A DNA stretch of 39,229 nucleotides from Myxococcota bacterium (GTDB lineage: Bacteria > Myxococcota > JACRCW01): NCBI GenBank assembly GCA_040752415.1, contig JBFMGU010000082.1:1-39229 (forward strand), written 5' to 3'. Positions 9,262-22,159 of this stretch are shown piece after piece. The translations under genes were made by a program, and so were the position numbers. Under the pieces are notes generated by a model that did no database searches, had not been told where the DNA came from, and worked only from the letters and a program-made list of their open reading frames with translations. Position 1 is the stretch's first letter. Every line of letters begins with the position of its first letter.

Positions 9262-10665
9262 TCACCGTGAGCGGAAAATGGCGTCGAGCATCTCGTTGAC
9301 GCGCGTGAACTTCTCGCGAATCTTCCCCGCGGGCTGCCCGCGCTCCACCTCGATCTTGTCGAGCCGCTGCCAATCCGCGAACGTGACGAGGTGCGGCTGC
9401 CGCTCGCGGAGGAAATCCTCGGCGGCCTTCACGGTCTTGTGCGGACTGACCTCGGCCTGCTTCCCGGTGGCGTCTTCCAGCATCAGCTTCACGGTTTCAA
9501 TGGCGTCGAGGCGGTTGGTGCCAATGAGCCCGGAGGGGCCACGCTTGGCCCAGCCCACCACGTACAGACCGGGGATGTGCTTCCCACCCTCGTCGACGAT
9601 GCGCCCGCCCGCGTTGGGCAGGTTCCCCTTCTCGGCGTCAAACGGCACACCCGGCAGCGGCACGCCCAGGTAACCCACGGAGCGGAACACCAGGCCCACC
9701 GGGAACGTCTCGAACTCGCCGGTGCCGCGCGCCTTCTGGTTGCCCTTCTCGTCGGTGGTGACCTTGGTGCGCTCCATCTTCACCGCCGTCACGCGTCCGT
9801 TCGCGCCCACGATCTCCGCCGGTGACAGGAAGAAACGCAGCCGCACCTTGCGCGCCGCGCTGCCCTCGCCGTGCTTGGCCCGCTCCTCGAGGTATTCCAG
9901 GTTCTTGCGCGTCTCCGGCTCCACGGCGTCCCTGAGCTTGAGGTCGGCTTCCAACTCGTCGGTGCGGACCACCAGGTCCACGCCTTCCAGCTCACCAATC
10001 TCCTTGATCTCCGCCGGGGAGAACGCAGCCTGCGCCGGTCCACGACGTCCAAAGACCAGCACCTCCTTCACCTTGCTGCGCTTCAGCTCGTCGAGGGCGT
10101 GGTGGGCAATGTCGGTCTTGCCCAGCTCGTCCGCGCTCTTGGCCAGGATGCGGGTCACGTCCATGGCCACGTTGCCCACGCCAATGACGGCCACCCGTTC
10201 CACGTCGAGCTTGAAGTCGTGGTCACGGTGGCTGGGGTGCCCGTTGTACCAGCCCACGAACGCGGTGGCGGAGTGGCTGCCCTGCAGGTCCTCGCCGGGG
10301 ATGCCCATGCGGCGGTCCTTCTCGGAGCCCACGGCGAAGAGGACGTGGTCGTAGAGCTTGTGCAGGTCCGGGAGCATGATGTCACGACCGAACTGCACGT
10401 TGCCGTAGAAGCGCACGCCCGGCGTGGCGGCAATCTTCTCGTAGACCCGGACCACGCTCTTGATCTTCTGGTGGTCCGGCGCCACGCCGCCGCGCACGAG
10501 GCCATAGGGCGTGGGGAGACGGTCCAGGATGTCCACCTCCACCTTGAGGTCCTTCTGCCGCTGCAGCGCCTCGGCGGCGTAGAAACCGCTCGGCCCGGCG
10601 CCCACCACCGCCACCCGCAGGGGACGCTGCTCACTACCCAGAGGCTGCTGATCACCTTGTGCCAT
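9262..10665 (-). CDS. Ferredoxin--NADP+ reductase, FprA/adrenodoxin-reductase type
   Basis: VAVVGAGPSGFYAA, PYGLVRGGVAPDHQKIK, FVGWYNGHP, GVGNVAMDV, GRRGP, GWAKRGPSGLIGTN. Confidence 0.9.
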   Translation of the reverse strand: MAQGDQQPLGSEQRPLRVAVVGAGPSGFYAAEALQRQKDLKVEVDILDRLPTPYGLVRGGVAPDHQKIKSVVRVYEKIAATPGVRFYGNVQFGRDIMLPDLHKLYDHVLFAVGSEKDRRMGIPGEDLQGSHSATAFVGWYNGHPSHRDHDFKLDVERVAVIGVGNVAMDVTRILAKSADELGKTDIAHHALDELKRSKVKEVLVFGRRGPAQAAFSPAEIKEIGELEGVDLVVRTDELEADLKLRDAVEPETRKNLEYLEERAKHGEGSAARKVRLRFFLSPAEIVGANGRVTAVKMERTKVTTDEKGNQKARGTGEFETFPVGLVFRSVGYLGVPLPGVPFDAEKGNLPNAGGRIVDEGGKHIPGLYVVGWAKRGPSGLIGTNRLDAIETVKLMLEDATGKQAEVSPHKTVKAAEDFLRERQPHLVTFADWQRLDKIEVERGQPAGKIREKFTRVNEMLDAIFRSR

Positions 10666-10704
10666 CGCGAGCTCCTTGTTGCGGGGGTTGGCCCCGGGGA
10701 CGAC

Positions 10705-10829
10705 GTCGGAAGGGGCAGAAAGGAAGCCAGAAGTATGACGTCAGAAGGGAAGGCGGAGACAACCCTCGGTGAGCAATGGGGCGCGCCGTCACGCCACTCT
10801 GACTTCTGACTTCTGCATTCTGACTTCCT
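10705..10829. repeat. Heptamer (TTCTGAC / GTCAGAA) inverted-repeat element, copy 1
   Basis: Degenerate GAAGCCAGAAGT..GTCAGAAG arm at about 10721-10747 facing TCTGACT-TCTGACT-TCTGCAT-TCTGACT-TCC at 10798-10828; left end shared with the copy at 35684. Confidence 0.75.
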
Positions 10830-10921
10830 GTTCGTCCACTCCCGTCCGCCCGGGAGCCTGCCCCGACGTCGAGGTCCGGGCAAGTGGCGTAGCCGTCGCC
10901 GCGGGCGCAGCTTCTTCCGCA

Positions 10922-10950
10922 TTGAACCGGGAAGCCTACTTTGCTACCGG
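10922..10950 (+). promoter_or_regulatory. Possible carB promoter
   Basis: TTGAAC, 17-bp spacer ending TGc, then TACCGG, just upstream of ATG 10960; weak -10 match. Confidence 0.3.
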
Positions 10951-10959
10951 GCCCCCGCC

Positions 10960-14337
<3,378 letters not shown>

Positions 14338-14339
14338 GA

Positions 14340-14698
14340 TTACAGCAGTTCCCGTTCGGGTTGACCGTGATTCCGTCGCGGGGAACGCACGGGCGGCTCA
14401 AGCCGCGTCTGGAAGGGCACCAAGCCTTGCCTCGCATCCCGCTTACCTCATTGGGCCGCGCAAGGCTCTACGTTGGTGGCGTTGGGGAACGTGGTTCGCA
14501 GCATCCAGGTTGTCGACGAGACCCTGGAACGTCACATTCTCAAGCCACGCACCCTATGTCGCCAACGCAGAGCCTTGCGCGGCCCAATGAGGCAGGCGGG
14601 ATGCGAGGCAAGGCTTGGTGTCTTTCCAGACGCGGCTTGAGCCGCCGGTGCGTTCCCCGTGACGGAACCACGGTCAACTCGAACGGGAACCGCTGTAA
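14340..14698. mobile_element. Giant palindromic non-coding element 1 (MITE/REPIN-like), arms of about 155 bp
   Basis: 14340-14497 is the near-perfect reverse complement of about 14540-14698; ends TTACAGC...GCTGTAA; no transposase; related partial copies at about 25110 and 25906. Confidence 0.75.
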
Positions 14699-14993
14699 GG
14701 GCTGCGTCAGAACAATCTGGACACGTGGTCCCTGACCGCCTCCAGCGGACCACGACCTGGAGTGCGGCGGGCCCTCGCCGCCCTGGCCAGCGCCGAGCGC
14801 GTTCACAGCGTGGCGAACAGCCCTGGGACTCAATGACGTCGGGCGAGGCGTTGTCTCGTGGCGCGTGGATCCTTGACGGTTGTCCAAACCGCTCGACGCT
14901 GACCAGGGCGGCGAGGGCCCGCCGCACTCCAGGTCGTGGTCCACTGGAGGCGATCAGGACCAGGTGGGCAACTTATCTTGACTCAGCCCCTTA
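14696..14993. mobile_element. Palindromic element 2: REP-like doublet with terminal inverted repeats
   Basis: Arms at about 14696-14799 and 14890-14993; the core GGACCACGACCTGGAGTGCGGCGGGCCCTCGCCGCCCTGG is exactly inverted; each arm has an internal GCGGCG..CGCCGC hairpin; ends TAAGGGCTG...CAGCCCCTTA. Confidence 0.75.
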
Positions 14994-15027
14994 GGTGTTC
15001 GTCGACGCCGGGGCGTCCAAATCGTCG

Positions 15028-15717
15028 CTACGCCACAACGCCAACGTACACGTAGACCGCGCCGAACATGAGCGGCGTGGCGCGGCACTCCCGGTACGCA
15101 CCGGTGCCCCGCATGATCTCCAGGTACGCCTCCCCACACGGGAACGCGCCCGCGGTGCGGTCCAGGTACTCGTACGCCGAGCGGTTCCCACTCAGCAGCC
15201 CACCCACGCGCGGCAACACCCGACGGCTGTAGAACCGGTACAGCGCGCCAAACACGCCGGACGGCTGCCCGAACTCCAGCACCACCACGCGCCCGCCTGG
15301 CCGCACCACGCGCGCCATCTCCGCCATGCACTTCGCGGGGTCCTCGACGTTGCGCACCCCGAACGCAATGGACGCCACGTCAAACGAGGAACGCGCGTAC
15401 GGCAGCTTCTGCGCGTCGGCAATCTCGAAGCGGATGTCCAGCCCCGCGGCCTGGGCCTTGGCGGGGGCCTGGTCCAGCATGGCGGCGCAGAAATCCGTCC
15501 CCACCACCTCACCCGACGAACCCACCTCGCGCTTGAACTGCATCGCCAGGTCGCCGGTGCCGGTGGCGCAGTCCAGCACGCGCTGCCCCTGCTGCACGCC
15601 ACTCAGCTGCACCGCCTTCCGACGCCACAACCGGTGCATCCCCATGGAGAGGACTTCATTGGCCAGGTCATATCGACCCGCGATGGCCGTGAACATCTCG
15701 CGAACCTGCGTGCTCAT
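15028..15717 (-). CDS. menG: Demethylmenaquinone methyltransferase (UbiE/MenG)
   Basis: VREMFTAIAGRYDLANEVLSMGMHRLWR, VLDCATGTGDLA, IAFGVRNV, AYEYL; ATGA-coupled to the DAHP synthase gene; men context. Confidence 0.9.
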   Translation of the reverse strand: MSTQVREMFTAIAGRYDLANEVLSMGMHRLWRRKAVQLSGVQQGQRVLDCATGTGDLAMQFKREVGSSGEVVGTDFCAAMLDQAPAKAQAAGLDIRFEIADAQKLPYARSSFDVASIAFGVRNVEDPAKCMAEMARVVRPGGRVVVLEFGQPSGVFGALYRFYSRRVLPRVGGLLSGNRSAYEYLDRTAGAFPCGEAYLEIMRGTGAYRECRATPLMFGAVYVYVGVVA

Positions 15718-16610
15718 GCGTGCTCCAACACCGTGCGCGACATCGTGGGAACCACGCTGCGCCCACACGCGGCCACCACCGCGCGCAACCGCGTCATGAG
15801 ATCCGCGAACATGGGCGGCGTCAACGCCTGGGGCCCGTCGCAGAGCGCGTGGTCGGGGTCGGTGTGCACCTCCACGAGGAGACCATCCGCGCCCGCGGCC
15901 GCGGCGGCCAACGCCATGGGCACCACCAGGTCCCGGTCTCCCGTCGCGTGCGAGGGGTCGACGATGACCGGCAGGTGCGACCTCCGCTTCACCACCGCCA
16001 CCGACGCCAGGTCCAGCGTGAAACGCGTCTCGCTCTCGAAGGTGCGGATGCCGCGCTCGCACAGGATCACGTTGGGGTTTCCGCCCGCCAGGACGTACTC
16101 CGCGGCCAGCAGCCACTCCTGCACGGTGTTGGCGAAGCCGCGCTTGAGCAGCACGGGACGACGCACCATGCCCAGCTCCTTGAGCAAGGAGAAGTTCTGC
16201 ATGTTCCGCGCGCCCACCTGCAGCAGGTCGGTGTGCTCGGCCAGCATGGCCACCTGCGCGCACTCCATGACCTCGGCCACCACGGGCATGCGGTGTCGAC
16301 GTCCCGCGTCGCGCAACATCAGGGCGGCGGGATCCCCCAAGCCCTGGAACGCGTACGGACTGGTCCGCGGCTTGTAGACGCCACCGCGCAGCATGTTGGC
16401 GCCCTGCCCCGCCACGGCGTGCGCCACCGCTTCCAGCTGGCTCGGTGACTCAATGGCGCAGGGCCCCGCCACGACGACAAAACCCGTCCCACCAAACGGC
16501 ACCCCGGACACATCCACCACCGTGGTCCCGGTCCTGGCGCCCCGCATGCCCAGTCGCGGCTCGCCGCCTTGCGCAACGGTCGTGGTCGCACCGGTGAGAA
16601 GTTCGCTCAT
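15714..16610 (-). CDS. aroF: 3-deoxy-7-phosphoheptulonate (DAHP) synthase, type I-beta
   Basis: AGPCAIES, KPRTSPYAFQG, QVGARNMQNFSLL, PVLLKRG, ILCERGIRTFE, VDPSHATG; GGAG RBS upstream of ATG 16610. Confidence 0.93.
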   Translation of the reverse strand: MSELLTGATTTVAQGGEPRLGMRGARTGTTVVDVSGVPFGGTGFVVVAGPCAIESPSQLEAVAHAVAGQGANMLRGGVYKPRTSPYAFQGLGDPAALMLRDAGRRHRMPVVAEVMECAQVAMLAEHTDLLQVGARNMQNFSLLKELGMVRRPVLLKRGFANTVQEWLLAAEYVLAGGNPNVILCERGIRTFESETRFTLDLASVAVVKRRSHLPVIVDPSHATGDRDLVVPMALAAAAAGADGLLVEVHTDPDHALCDGPQALTPPMFADLMTRLRAVVAACGRSVVPTMSRTVLEHA

Positions 16611-16625
16611 GACGCCCGCTCCAGT

Positions 16626-16644
16626 TGTTTCACAACTTTGTGAA
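16626..16644. promoter_or_regulatory. Palindromic operator, copy 1 (TGTTTCACAACTTTGTGAA)
   Basis: Perfect inverted repeat TTCACAA-CT-TTGTGAA in the aroF/menF divergent gap; identical 19-mer at 24031-24049. Confidence 0.85.
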
Positions 16645-16704
16645 GATTGCGATACGCATGAATATCCCTTATGAAGGTCCGCGGCAAGCGCAGGAGCGTT
16701 CCGG

Positions 16705-17931
16705 ATGGATGCACCTGGTCTGGAATCCACGACGAACCGTGTCCCGGGAGATCCGCATCCCCTGGCGGTGGCCCATGACCATGGCGTCCCCGTGGTGGCC
16801 TGGGCGTCGCCCGCGCAGGACGAGTGGGCGCTGGGGTTCGGCGTGGCCCACGAGGTGGTGGTCCCGTCGCACTCCGCGCTGCGCGAGCTGCTGGCACCGC
16901 TGTGTGACAGTCCCGCGCCCGTCCCGGGAATGCCGGGTCCCTGGTTTGGCGGCGTGGCCTTCGCGCCGGCGCAGGGTCGGGGCCTGTGGAGCGGTTTCGG
17001 TGTTGCGCGTTTCGTCGTTCCTGAGCGGCTCCTCTGGCGACGGGATGGTGCGACGTGGCTGACCCGTTTCCGGCCCGGAGCCACGCAGGCAAACGCTCCC
17101 GCGCATTCACCGCTTTCCGTGGATCTTGGAGTCACCGAAACACGCGAACACTGGGATGACCTGGTCACGCGCGCCCTGCAGGCCATTCGCGGCGGGACGG
17201 TGCGGAAGGTGGTGGTGGCCCGCGCCAAGGATGCGCAAGGTGCGCGGCCCTGGGACCCGCTGGCGCTTCTCCAGCATCTCGGGCGCGCCTATCCGCATTG
17301 CCGCATCTACCTGCACCGCGCTCCGGGTGGCGCGTTTCTCGTCGGTGCAACGCCGGAGGTGCTTTGTCGCGTGGAAGACCGCCAGGTCTGGGCGGATGCA
17401 CTGGCCGGCTCACGGCCGCCGCACGACGGCACCTTCGGAGCCCGTGAGCATCTCGAGCACGAGCTCGTGGTGGACGCCGTGGCGGAGACGCTGCGTCCGC
17501 AGTGCATCTCGGTGGACGCGCCCACGTTCCCGTCGGTGATGAAGCTGCCCAACGTGTGGCACCTGCACACGCCGATCACGGGGATCCTGCGGCCCCAGGT
17601 GCATCCCATGGACGTGGCGCTCGGCCTCCACCCCACTCCCGCGGTGGGCGGCGTTCCCCGTGCGGCGGCGTTGAGCCTGATCTCCGAGGCGGAGGGGCTC
17701 GCGCGTGGTTGGTACGCGGGGCCGGTGGGCTGCCTGGGAGGCGGCGGATTGCACCTGTGCGTGGCACTTCGTTGCGCTCTCGTCGACGGGAATCGCGCGC
17801 GGGTCTTCGTGGGCGCGGGAATCGTCGATGGATCCACGCCCGCGGCCGAATGGGACGAGACGGAGCGCAAGGCCATTCCCATGCTGGAGGCGCTGCGTGC
17901 GTCGGAAGGAGCTGTGCATGCGCGCGCCTAA
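16705..17931 (+). CDS. menF: Isochorismate synthase
   Basis: KVVVAR, GATPEVL, DALAGS, EHELVV, HLHTPI, LHPTPAVGGVP, RGWYAGPVG, GAGIVDGS; AGGAG RBS. Confidence 0.9.
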   Translation: MDAPGLESTTNRVPGDPHPLAVAHDHGVPVVAWASPAQDEWALGFGVAHEVVVPSHSALRELLAPLCDSPAPVPGMPGPWFGGVAFAPAQGRGLWSGFGVARFVVPERLLWRRDGATWLTRFRPGATQANAPAHSPLSVDLGVTETREHWDDLVTRALQAIRGGTVRKVVVARAKDAQGARPWDPLALLQHLGRAYPHCRIYLHRAPGGAFLVGATPEVLCRVEDRQVWADALAGSRPPHDGTFGAREHLEHELVVDAVAETLRPQCISVDAPTFPSVMKLPNVWHLHTPITGILRPQVHPMDVALGLHPTPAVGGVPRAAALSLISEAEGLARGWYAGPVGCLGGGGLHLCVALRCALVDGNRARVFVGAGIVDGSTPAAEWDETERKAIPMLEALRASEGAVHARA

Positions 17932-19627
17932 CAGCCAGTACCTCTGGGCCGGCGTCATCGTCGACGAGCTTGCGCGTTCCGGTGTGCGCCACGCGGTCAT
18001 CTGTCCGGGCTCCCGCTCCGCGCCCCTGGCGGTGGCGTGTGGCTCCCACGGTGGCATCCGGTGCTGGCCCGTTCCCGACGAGCGCAGCGCCGCATTCCTG
18101 GCCCTGGGCATCGGCAAGGCCTCGGGCAGCCCCGCCATGGTCGTGTGCACGTCGGGAACGGCGGGCGCGCATTTCCTTCCCGCGGTCATGGAAGCGCACC
18201 TGAGCGATGTCCCGCTCGTCGTCGTCACGGCGGACCGGCCGCCGGAGCTCCACGGGTTCGGTGCGTCGCAGACGGTGGACCAGCAGCACCTCTATGGGCG
18301 CTACACGCGCTTCTTCGCCGACGTGGGCGCGCCCGTGATGGACGCCGGCGCGTTGCGTCACCTTCGCGCCACCGTGTCCCGCGCGGCCCACCTTTCTCGC
18401 GGCGTGGCCCACCTCAATGTTCCGCTGCGCGAGCCCCTTGCACCGACGGAAGAATCACTCCCCGCCGGCCTTCTCGACGCTGCAACGCAGTTCACACCGC
18501 CTCACACCCTGACCACGCGTCACCACGTGATGGACGCCGGACGTGTGGCGGACATCGTCACGGGAAGGGGCCGCATCCTGCTGTTGGCCGCGCCGCGCGA
18601 CGCGCAGGATGGTCTACCCGACGCGCTACGCACCCTTGCCGCCCGGTGGAACGTCCCCCTTCTTGCGGAGGCAGCTTCCGGCGTCCGCCACGGCGACTCC
18701 GCCGCTCCAGTGATTGCGCACTACGAGGCGGTGTTGCGCTGTCCAGCTGCGAAAACGCTGGCGCCCGAGGTCATCCTGAAGTTCGGCGGTCGGGTGACCA
18801 CGCGCGTCCTTCAGGGTCTCGTCGACAGTGGCGCCACCGTCGTCAACTTCTCCGAGAATGGCGAGGTGGTGGATCCTGGCCACGCGGCGTCGCTGGTGCT
18901 GGAGGGTGACCCTGCCGCGTGGTGTCGTTCCCTCGTCGACCTCCCGGTCCGGGTTTCCCCCGAGTACCTCGCACGCTGGCGCGAGTGCGACCTACGCGTG
19001 AGCGCCGCACTCGACGAGCAGACCGGTCGCGAGGAGACGCTGACCGAGCCCGCGGTGGCGCGCATCGTGTCGTCAGTCACGCCGGAGGGAAGCACACTGT
19101 TCGTCTCCAGCAGCATGCCCATCCGGGATCTGGACGCGTTCTCGTCGTCACGAAACAGCTCGCTGCGCGTCCTGGCCAATCGCGGCGCGGCGGGCATCGA
19201 CGGCATCGTCTCGTCGGCATTTGGCGTGGCGGCCACGGGCGCTCGTACCGTCCTGCTCACGGGTGACACCACGCTCCTGCACGACCTGGGCGGCCTGGTG
19301 TGGGGAGCGCGGCTGGGCCTGTCGCTCGTCGTCGTCGTCATCAACAACGGCGGCGGGAGGATCTTCTCGTTTCTTCCCATTGGGCGCTTCCCGGAACACT
19401 TCGAGTCCTTGTTCGCCATGCCGCCCGGGGTGTCCATGGTCGACGTTGCGCGCGTGGCATCCGCACGTCACCACCAACCAACCACCCCTGCCGAGCTGAC
19501 CGCGTGCATGCGCGAGGCGCTCGAGGGCGGCGTCCACGTCGTGGAGATCGTCGTCGACGGGGCACAGACGGTTGCGCAGCATGAACACTGGTGGGCTGCT
19601 GCGCGCGCCGCGGTGGAGGGCGCGTGA
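17918..19627 (+). CDS. menD: SEPHCHC synthase (ThDP-dependent)
   Basis: VICPGSRSAPL, DERSAAFLALG, CTSGTA, TADRPPEL, SMPIRDLD, NRGAAGIDG, GD..NNGGGRIF. Confidence 0.95.
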   Translation: MRAPNSQYLWAGVIVDELARSGVRHAVICPGSRSAPLAVACGSHGGIRCWPVPDERSAAFLALGIGKASGSPAMVVCTSGTAGAHFLPAVMEAHLSDVPLVVVTADRPPELHGFGASQTVDQQHLYGRYTRFFADVGAPVMDAGALRHLRATVSRAAHLSRGVAHLNVPLREPLAPTEESLPAGLLDAATQFTPPHTLTTRHHVMDAGRVADIVTGRGRILLLAAPRDAQDGLPDALRTLAARWNVPLLAEAASGVRHGDSAAPVIAHYEAVLRCPAAKTLAPEVILKFGGRVTTRVLQGLVDSGATVVNFSENGEVVDPGHAASLVLEGDPAAWCRSLVDLPVRVSPEYLARWRECDLRVSAALDEQTGREETLTEPAVARIVSSVTPEGSTLFVSSSMPIRDLDAFSSSRNSSLRVLANRGAAGIDGIVSSAFGVAATGARTVLLTGDTTLLHDLGGLVWGARLGLSLVVVVINNGGGRIFSFLPIGRFPEHFESLFAMPPGVSMVDVARVASARHHQPTTPAELTACMREALEGGVHVVEIVVDGAQTVAQHEHWWAAARAAVEGA

Positions 19628-20445
19628 TGCTGGCCACCGAGTCCTGGGGCAGCGGCCCCATTCCCGTCCTGCTCCTCCACGGCTTCACGCACGCCAAGGC
19701 CGCATGGCGCGTCCACGAGGAAGCGTGGGCTCCACTCGTCCGGGCCATCGCCGTCGACCTGCCGGGCCACGGCTCCTCTCCCGCCGACACCGCGACCTCG
19801 TTCGAGGACACGGCACAGCGCCTCGCGGCCATCGCCCACGACACTTTCGGCGGTCCGTTCGTCGTCATCGGGTACTCCCTGGGCGCCCGCGTGGCGCTGG
19901 CCATGGCGGTGTTGCGACCACGGCTGGTGAGCGCACTGGTCCTTGAGAGTGGTTCCCCTGGCCTGGCGGATGACGCCGAGCGCGCGGCGCGCCGGGTCGG
20001 TGACGACGAGCTGGCCACCCGCATCGAGCACCTGGGCGTGCCCGCGTTCCTGCGCGAGTGGGAGCAGCAACCGGTGCTTGCCGGCCTGCGGACGCTCCCC
20101 GCCGAGCAACAGGACCTCCTGCGCGCGCTTCGTCTCACGCACTCCGCGTCACAGCTCGCGCGTGCGCTTCGCCTGCTCTCCGTCGGCGCTCAGCCGTCCT
20201 ATTGGCATCGTCTCGACGAGATCGCGTGCCCCACCCTCCTCGTCCACGGCGAGCACGACGAACGCTACACAAGAATCGCGCGTGAGATGGAAGCCGCCTT
20301 GCCGCACGCTCGTCGCGTGATGCTGCCGTGCGGACACACCCCACACCTCGAGTGCGCGGAAGCCTATGCGAGTGACGTCGCGGGCTTCCTTCGCACGTGT
20401 TTTCCCACTGCGGAGGCCTCGTCGGTCTCCAGGAGCCCAACATGA
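19627..20445 (+). CDS. menH: SHCHC synthase (alpha/beta hydrolase)
   Basis: LLHGF, DLPGHG, GYSLGAR nucleophile elbow, ESGSPGL..RAAR..D, GHTPHLE; lies between menD and menB. Confidence 0.88.
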   Translation: MLATESWGSGPIPVLLLHGFTHAKAAWRVHEEAWAPLVRAIAVDLPGHGSSPADTATSFEDTAQRLAAIAHDTFGGPFVVIGYSLGARVALAMAVLRPRLVSALVLESGSPGLADDAERAARRVGDDELATRIEHLGVPAFLREWEQQPVLAGLRTLPAEQQDLLRALRLTHSASQLARALRLLSVGAQPSYWHRLDEIACPTLLVHGEHDERYTRIAREMEAALPHARRVMLPCGHTPHLECAEAYASDVAGFLRTCFPTAEASSVSRSPT

Positions 20446-21260
20446 AGTTCCCCTGGAAGAAGGTCCGTGACTTCGAGGACATCAAGTACGAGAAGCTCGA
20501 GGGCATTGCCAAGATCACCATCAACCGTCCCGAGGTCCGCAACGCGTTCCGTCCGCAGACGCTCTTCGAGTTGAGCCAGGCCTTCGTCGAAGCGCGCGAA
20601 GATCCCGAGGTGGGCGTCATCATCCTCACCGGTGAGGGTGACCTCGCGTTCTGCTCCGGCGGCGACCAGCGCGTTCGCGGTCACGCGGGCTACGTGGGCA
20701 ATGACGGCGTGCCCCGTCTCAACGTCCTGGATCTCCAGAAGCAGATCCGCTCGCTGCCCAAGCCCGTGGTGGCCATGGTGGCGGGATACGCCATTGGCGG
20801 CGGGCACGTGCTCCACGTCGTGTGCGACCTCACCATCGCGGCGGAGAACGCGCGCTTTGGGCAGACGGGCCCCAAGGTGGGCAGCTTCGACGGCGGCTTT
20901 GGTGCGTCCTACCTGGCGTCGGTGATTGGCCAGAAGCGCGCGCGGGAGATCTGGTTCCTGTGCCGTGAATACGACGCCAAGCAGGCCCTGCAGTGGGGAC
21001 TGGTGAACGTGGTGGTCCCGCTGGAGAAGCTGGAAGAGGAGACCGTGGCCTGGTGCCGCGACATGCTGAGCAAGAGCCCCATGGCGCTGCGCCTGCTGAA
21101 GTCGGCGTTCAACGCCGGTCTCGACGGACAGGCGGGCATCCAGGAGCTCGCGGGCAACGCCACGCTCCTCTACTACATGACGGAGGAGGCCAAGGAGGGG
21201 AAGACCGCTTTCCTTGAGCGTCGCAAGCCGGACTTCAAGAAGTTCCCGAGGCTGCCGTGA
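20442..21260 (+). CDS. menB: 1,4-dihydroxy-2-naphthoyl-CoA synthase
   Basis: [60 protein letters not shown]. Confidence 0.97.
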   Translation: MKFPWKKVRDFEDIKYEKLEGIAKITINRPEVRNAFRPQTLFELSQAFVEAREDPEVGVIILTGEGDLAFCSGGDQRVRGHAGYVGNDGVPRLNVLDLQKQIRSLPKPVVAMVAGYAIGGGHVLHVVCDLTIAAENARFGQTGPKVGSFDGGFGASYLASVIGQKRAREIWFLCREYDAKQALQWGLVNVVVPLEKLEEETVAWCRDMLSKSPMALRLLKSAFNAGLDGQAGIQELAGNATLLYYMTEEAKEGKTAFLERRKPDFKKFPRLP

Positions 21261-22159
21261 GCGCAGCGCCCGCGATGACGTCGCCAGGAGCGTTGACCAC
21301 GTGGCTGATGGCCACCCGTCCGCGCACCTTGGCGGCAAGTCTGGTTCCCGTCATGGTGGGCACCGCGGCCGCGGCGCACGACGGTGCGTTCCGTCCCCCG
21401 CTCGCGTTCGCCGCGTTGCTGGGTGCGGTGCTCATCCAGATCGGCACCAACCTGGTGAACGACTACGCGGACCACCTGCGCGGCGCCGACAACGCCGAGC
21501 GCATGGGCCCGCCCCGCGTCACCCAGATGGGCCTCTTGAGTCCCGCCACGGTTCGCGCCGCGGCAGCCACCTGCTTCGCGGCCGCGCTGCTGGTGGGCCT
21601 CTACCTCGCCATGCACGGGGGATGGCCCATCGTCGTCGTGGGGATCCTCTCGTTGCTCAGCGGATACGCGTACACGGGCGGCCCCTGGCCCCTGGCCTAT
21701 CACGGGCTCGGTGACGTCTTCGTGTTCGTGTTCTTCGGCCCGGTTGCCGTCGTGGGGACGTACTACCTGCAGACCGGGACGGTGACCGCGCTTCCCGTCG
21801 TGGCGTCGCTGGGCGTGGGCGCGGTGGCCACCGCCCTCCTTGTGGTGAACAACCTTCGCGACATTCCAACAGACCAGAAATGCGGCAAGCGCACCCTGGC
21901 CGTGAGGCTGGGCGAGCGACTGACGCGTGTGCAGTACGTGTTCCTCCTCGTCGTGGCGGTGGTGACGCCGCTGGCGCTCCTGGCGTTGCTCCCGGACCAC
22001 CGGGCCATCCTGCTGGGCCTGCTGGGTGTGCCCTTCGCGGTTCCTCCGGCGCGCGTGGTGCTGGCCCAGCGCGGTGCCGCGCTCAACGGTGCGCTCGCCG
22101 GTACGGCCCGGCTGCACGTCGTGATGGGAGCGCTGTTGTCGTTGGGGTTGATGCTGTGA
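21257..22159 (+). CDS. menA: 1,4-dihydroxy-2-naphthoate polyprenyltransferase
   Basis: [54 protein letters not shown]; multi-TM protein. Confidence 0.95.
   Translation: MSAAPAMTSPGALTTWLMATRPRTLAASLVPVMVGTAAAAHDGAFRPPLAFAALLGAVLIQIGTNLVNDYADHLRGADNAERMGPPRVTQMGLLSPATVRAAAATCFAAALLVGLYLAMHGGWPIVVVGILSLLSGYAYTGGPWPLAYHGLGDVFVFVFFGPVAVVGTYYLQTGTVTALPVVASLGVGAVATALLVVNNLRDIPTDQKCGKRTLAVRLGERLTRVQYVFLLVVAVVTPLALLALLPDHRAILLGLLGVPFAVPPARVVLAQRGAALNGALAGTARLHVVMGALLSLGLML

Noticed and set aside
14340..14993. CRISPR array or integron attC interpretation of the repeats
   Set aside because: The repeats are inverted, not regularly spaced direct repeats; no cas or integrase gene in the window
14361..14994. 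ORFs across the palindromic region
   Set aside because: They mirror each other's peptides because of the inverted repeats; no RBS or domain, and no transposase motifs
17918..20445. Horizontal acquisition of menD/menH suggested by more A/T-ending codons
   Set aside because: Impression only, not quantified; compatible with low expression, and the genes are tightly coupled to menB, which has typical codon usage
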